Below, piece after piece: positions 62,301 to 64,000 of a stretch of DNA of 64,000 nt (the first letter of the stretch is position 1; the number at the start of each line of letters is the position of its first letter). This DNA comes from Octopus vulgaris (taxonomy: Eukaryota), in contig OX597823.1 in NCBI GenBank assembly GCA_951406725.2, forward strand, positions 54,498,001 through 54,562,000, in the 5' to 3' direction. The notes beneath the pieces are model-generated. The model was not told the origin of the DNA. It searched no databases and saw only the letters and a program-made list of their open reading frames with translations. Made by a program: the position numbers and the translations under genes.

Positions 62301-64000
62301 ATCAGAATACACTGTCATAAATAAATATTAAGCATGATTACTAAGTATAGGCCACTGTCTTTCTAATTAAACTTCTTTTTTTTTTTTTACCTTCCTTGGT
62401 GAAAGAAAACTTTAGTGATTAAACATCAGCAATCTGAATGCACATCCTCATCTAGATATTTGATAACAACCAGGAAAAAAAAACCCCAATTAATATCACA
62501 ACATCAAGCCATGCATAAAGTGTTCATTAAACATCTGTTTCAAGGACTGCATTTAAGCTCTGAGTTCAAATCTCACTTGGTTCAATTTGTCTTTTTGTCT
62601 ATCCAGGGTTGCATTTAGGTATGAATAGACACATGGGAAAAAGCAGTAAATATGTCAGTGGTTATTTTGGATAGTGTATTTTATGTTTATTACATGTGGT
62701 CTACTTGTATCTTTTATTTTTTTTTTTACTTGTTTCAGTCACTGGACTATGGCCTTGCTGGGGCACTACCTTGAAGGATTTTTTCAAACGATTCAACCCA
62801 AGGACTAATTTTAGTTTTTAAAGTCTGACACTTACTCTATTGGTCTCTTTGGCAGAGCTTCTAAGTAACAGGGATGCAAACAAACCAACATCAGTTGTCA
62901 AGCAGTGGGTAAGTATGTGTGCACGTGGGAAGGGGGAACACAAACAAAAGGAAACACATACACACACATATGATGAGCTTCCACACAATTTCCACCTACC
63001 ACATTCACTAACAGCCTAGGCCTATAACAGAAGACACTGGCCCAAGATGCTACACAGAAGAATTGAACCTGAAACCATGTGGTTGCAAAGCAAGCTTCTT
63101 AACCATGTAGCATTCAAATTACTCTGTCAAATGTAATATATATCTATTCACATTGTTTGGAATCAATCATGCATTACCTCGTAGCCTTGAAATTTTGATG
63201 ATGTGATTTAAAAAAATTTTTAGAATGACTTTGTAAAGCAGGTACAAAAGATCTTGTTCTGACTGGTTTTAACATACAACATGTAGACTATTTGGCCCAG
63301 TATGGCTGGTTTAACCCTTTAACATTCAGATTACTCTATCCAAAGAAATGCTTATTTATTCAAACTGTTTTGAATGAAGCATGCATTACTTTGTAGCTTT
63401 GAAATTTCAATGATGTGATTGATTATTTTTTAAATGACATTGTAGGGTAGGCGTGAAGAGGCTAAATTTGATTGGTTTGAATATGGAACAGGAAGGATAT
63501 TTGGGTTGGATATGGACTATTTAAATGTTAACGGATTAACTACACATTGTTGTATGTTTATGTTATAGAGTAAACGCTCTTAAATATGTATGAGTAAATG
63601 AAGTTTTGTAATAATACAGTCTCAGATCTCTGATGTTAGTTTTAATATTAATGAACATGTTTATAGTATTAAAAGATTATCTATTTTCCTTACAATGAAA
63701 TAATTTTACATAAAACCTTCAAGATGAGTATAAACACTAAACACAAGAGAATGAGCTCTGTGGTTGGTTTTAAACTGTGTGTCACTGACTATGTTGAGGA
63801 ACATAGCAATTGTAGAACTGAGATGGAATTTTTAGTGTTTGAAGAAGTCGTTAGCGACCGATAAGAAAAAAGAGAACAAAAGACACTCTTTAGAAAATTC
63901 CAAAAACAAAGCAGACCAAGTATTATACCATTTCTCACCTTGAGAACTTCAAAAACGATTTGTTCATTAGGTAAAGGCATGGCTATGAGGCTAACCAATG

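Noticed and set aside
63789-63998. Hydrophobic minus-strand ORF and GTGAGA donor at 63938 as CI-MPR exon 1
   Set aside because: The phase-2 frame has a stop and gives only MNKSFLKFS with no signal peptide; a UTR exon cannot be excluded

Overview
AT-rich, repeat-dense animal DNA; the SINE/LINE repertoire suggests an octopod cephalopod (recognition, not verified). One large minus-strand gene crosses the window: a cation-independent mannose-6-phosphate receptor (CI-MPR/IGF2R homologue). I traced 19 GT-AG exons (48504 down to 1500; 3469 nt, about 1156 codons, all splice phases compatible) encoding MRH repeats 1-8. The signal-peptide exon was not located, and repeats 9 onward lie left of the window. 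Introns hold three tRNA-derived SINE families, RTE, CR1, L1/Tx1 and Penelope-like retroelement relics, a maT-like Tc1/mariner, hAT- and piggyBac-type MITEs, fold-back elements and microsatellites. Most ORF-track entries are spurious. Main leads: (1) a 240-bp, ~55% GC, CpG-rich island (54561-54800) that folds into several hairpins with minus-strand polarity, matches no repeat in the window and truncates both neighbouring repeats; (2) fold-back elements with minimal hammerhead-like motifs whose 3:8 core pair is swapped (G3:C8, U3:A8); (3) a full Q-R-E-Y sugar-binding signature in MRH repeat 8 and paired cysteine loss in repeat 3; (4) a hairpin and repeat cluster at 59235-59630. Comparisons with human IGF2R are from memory and need alignment.
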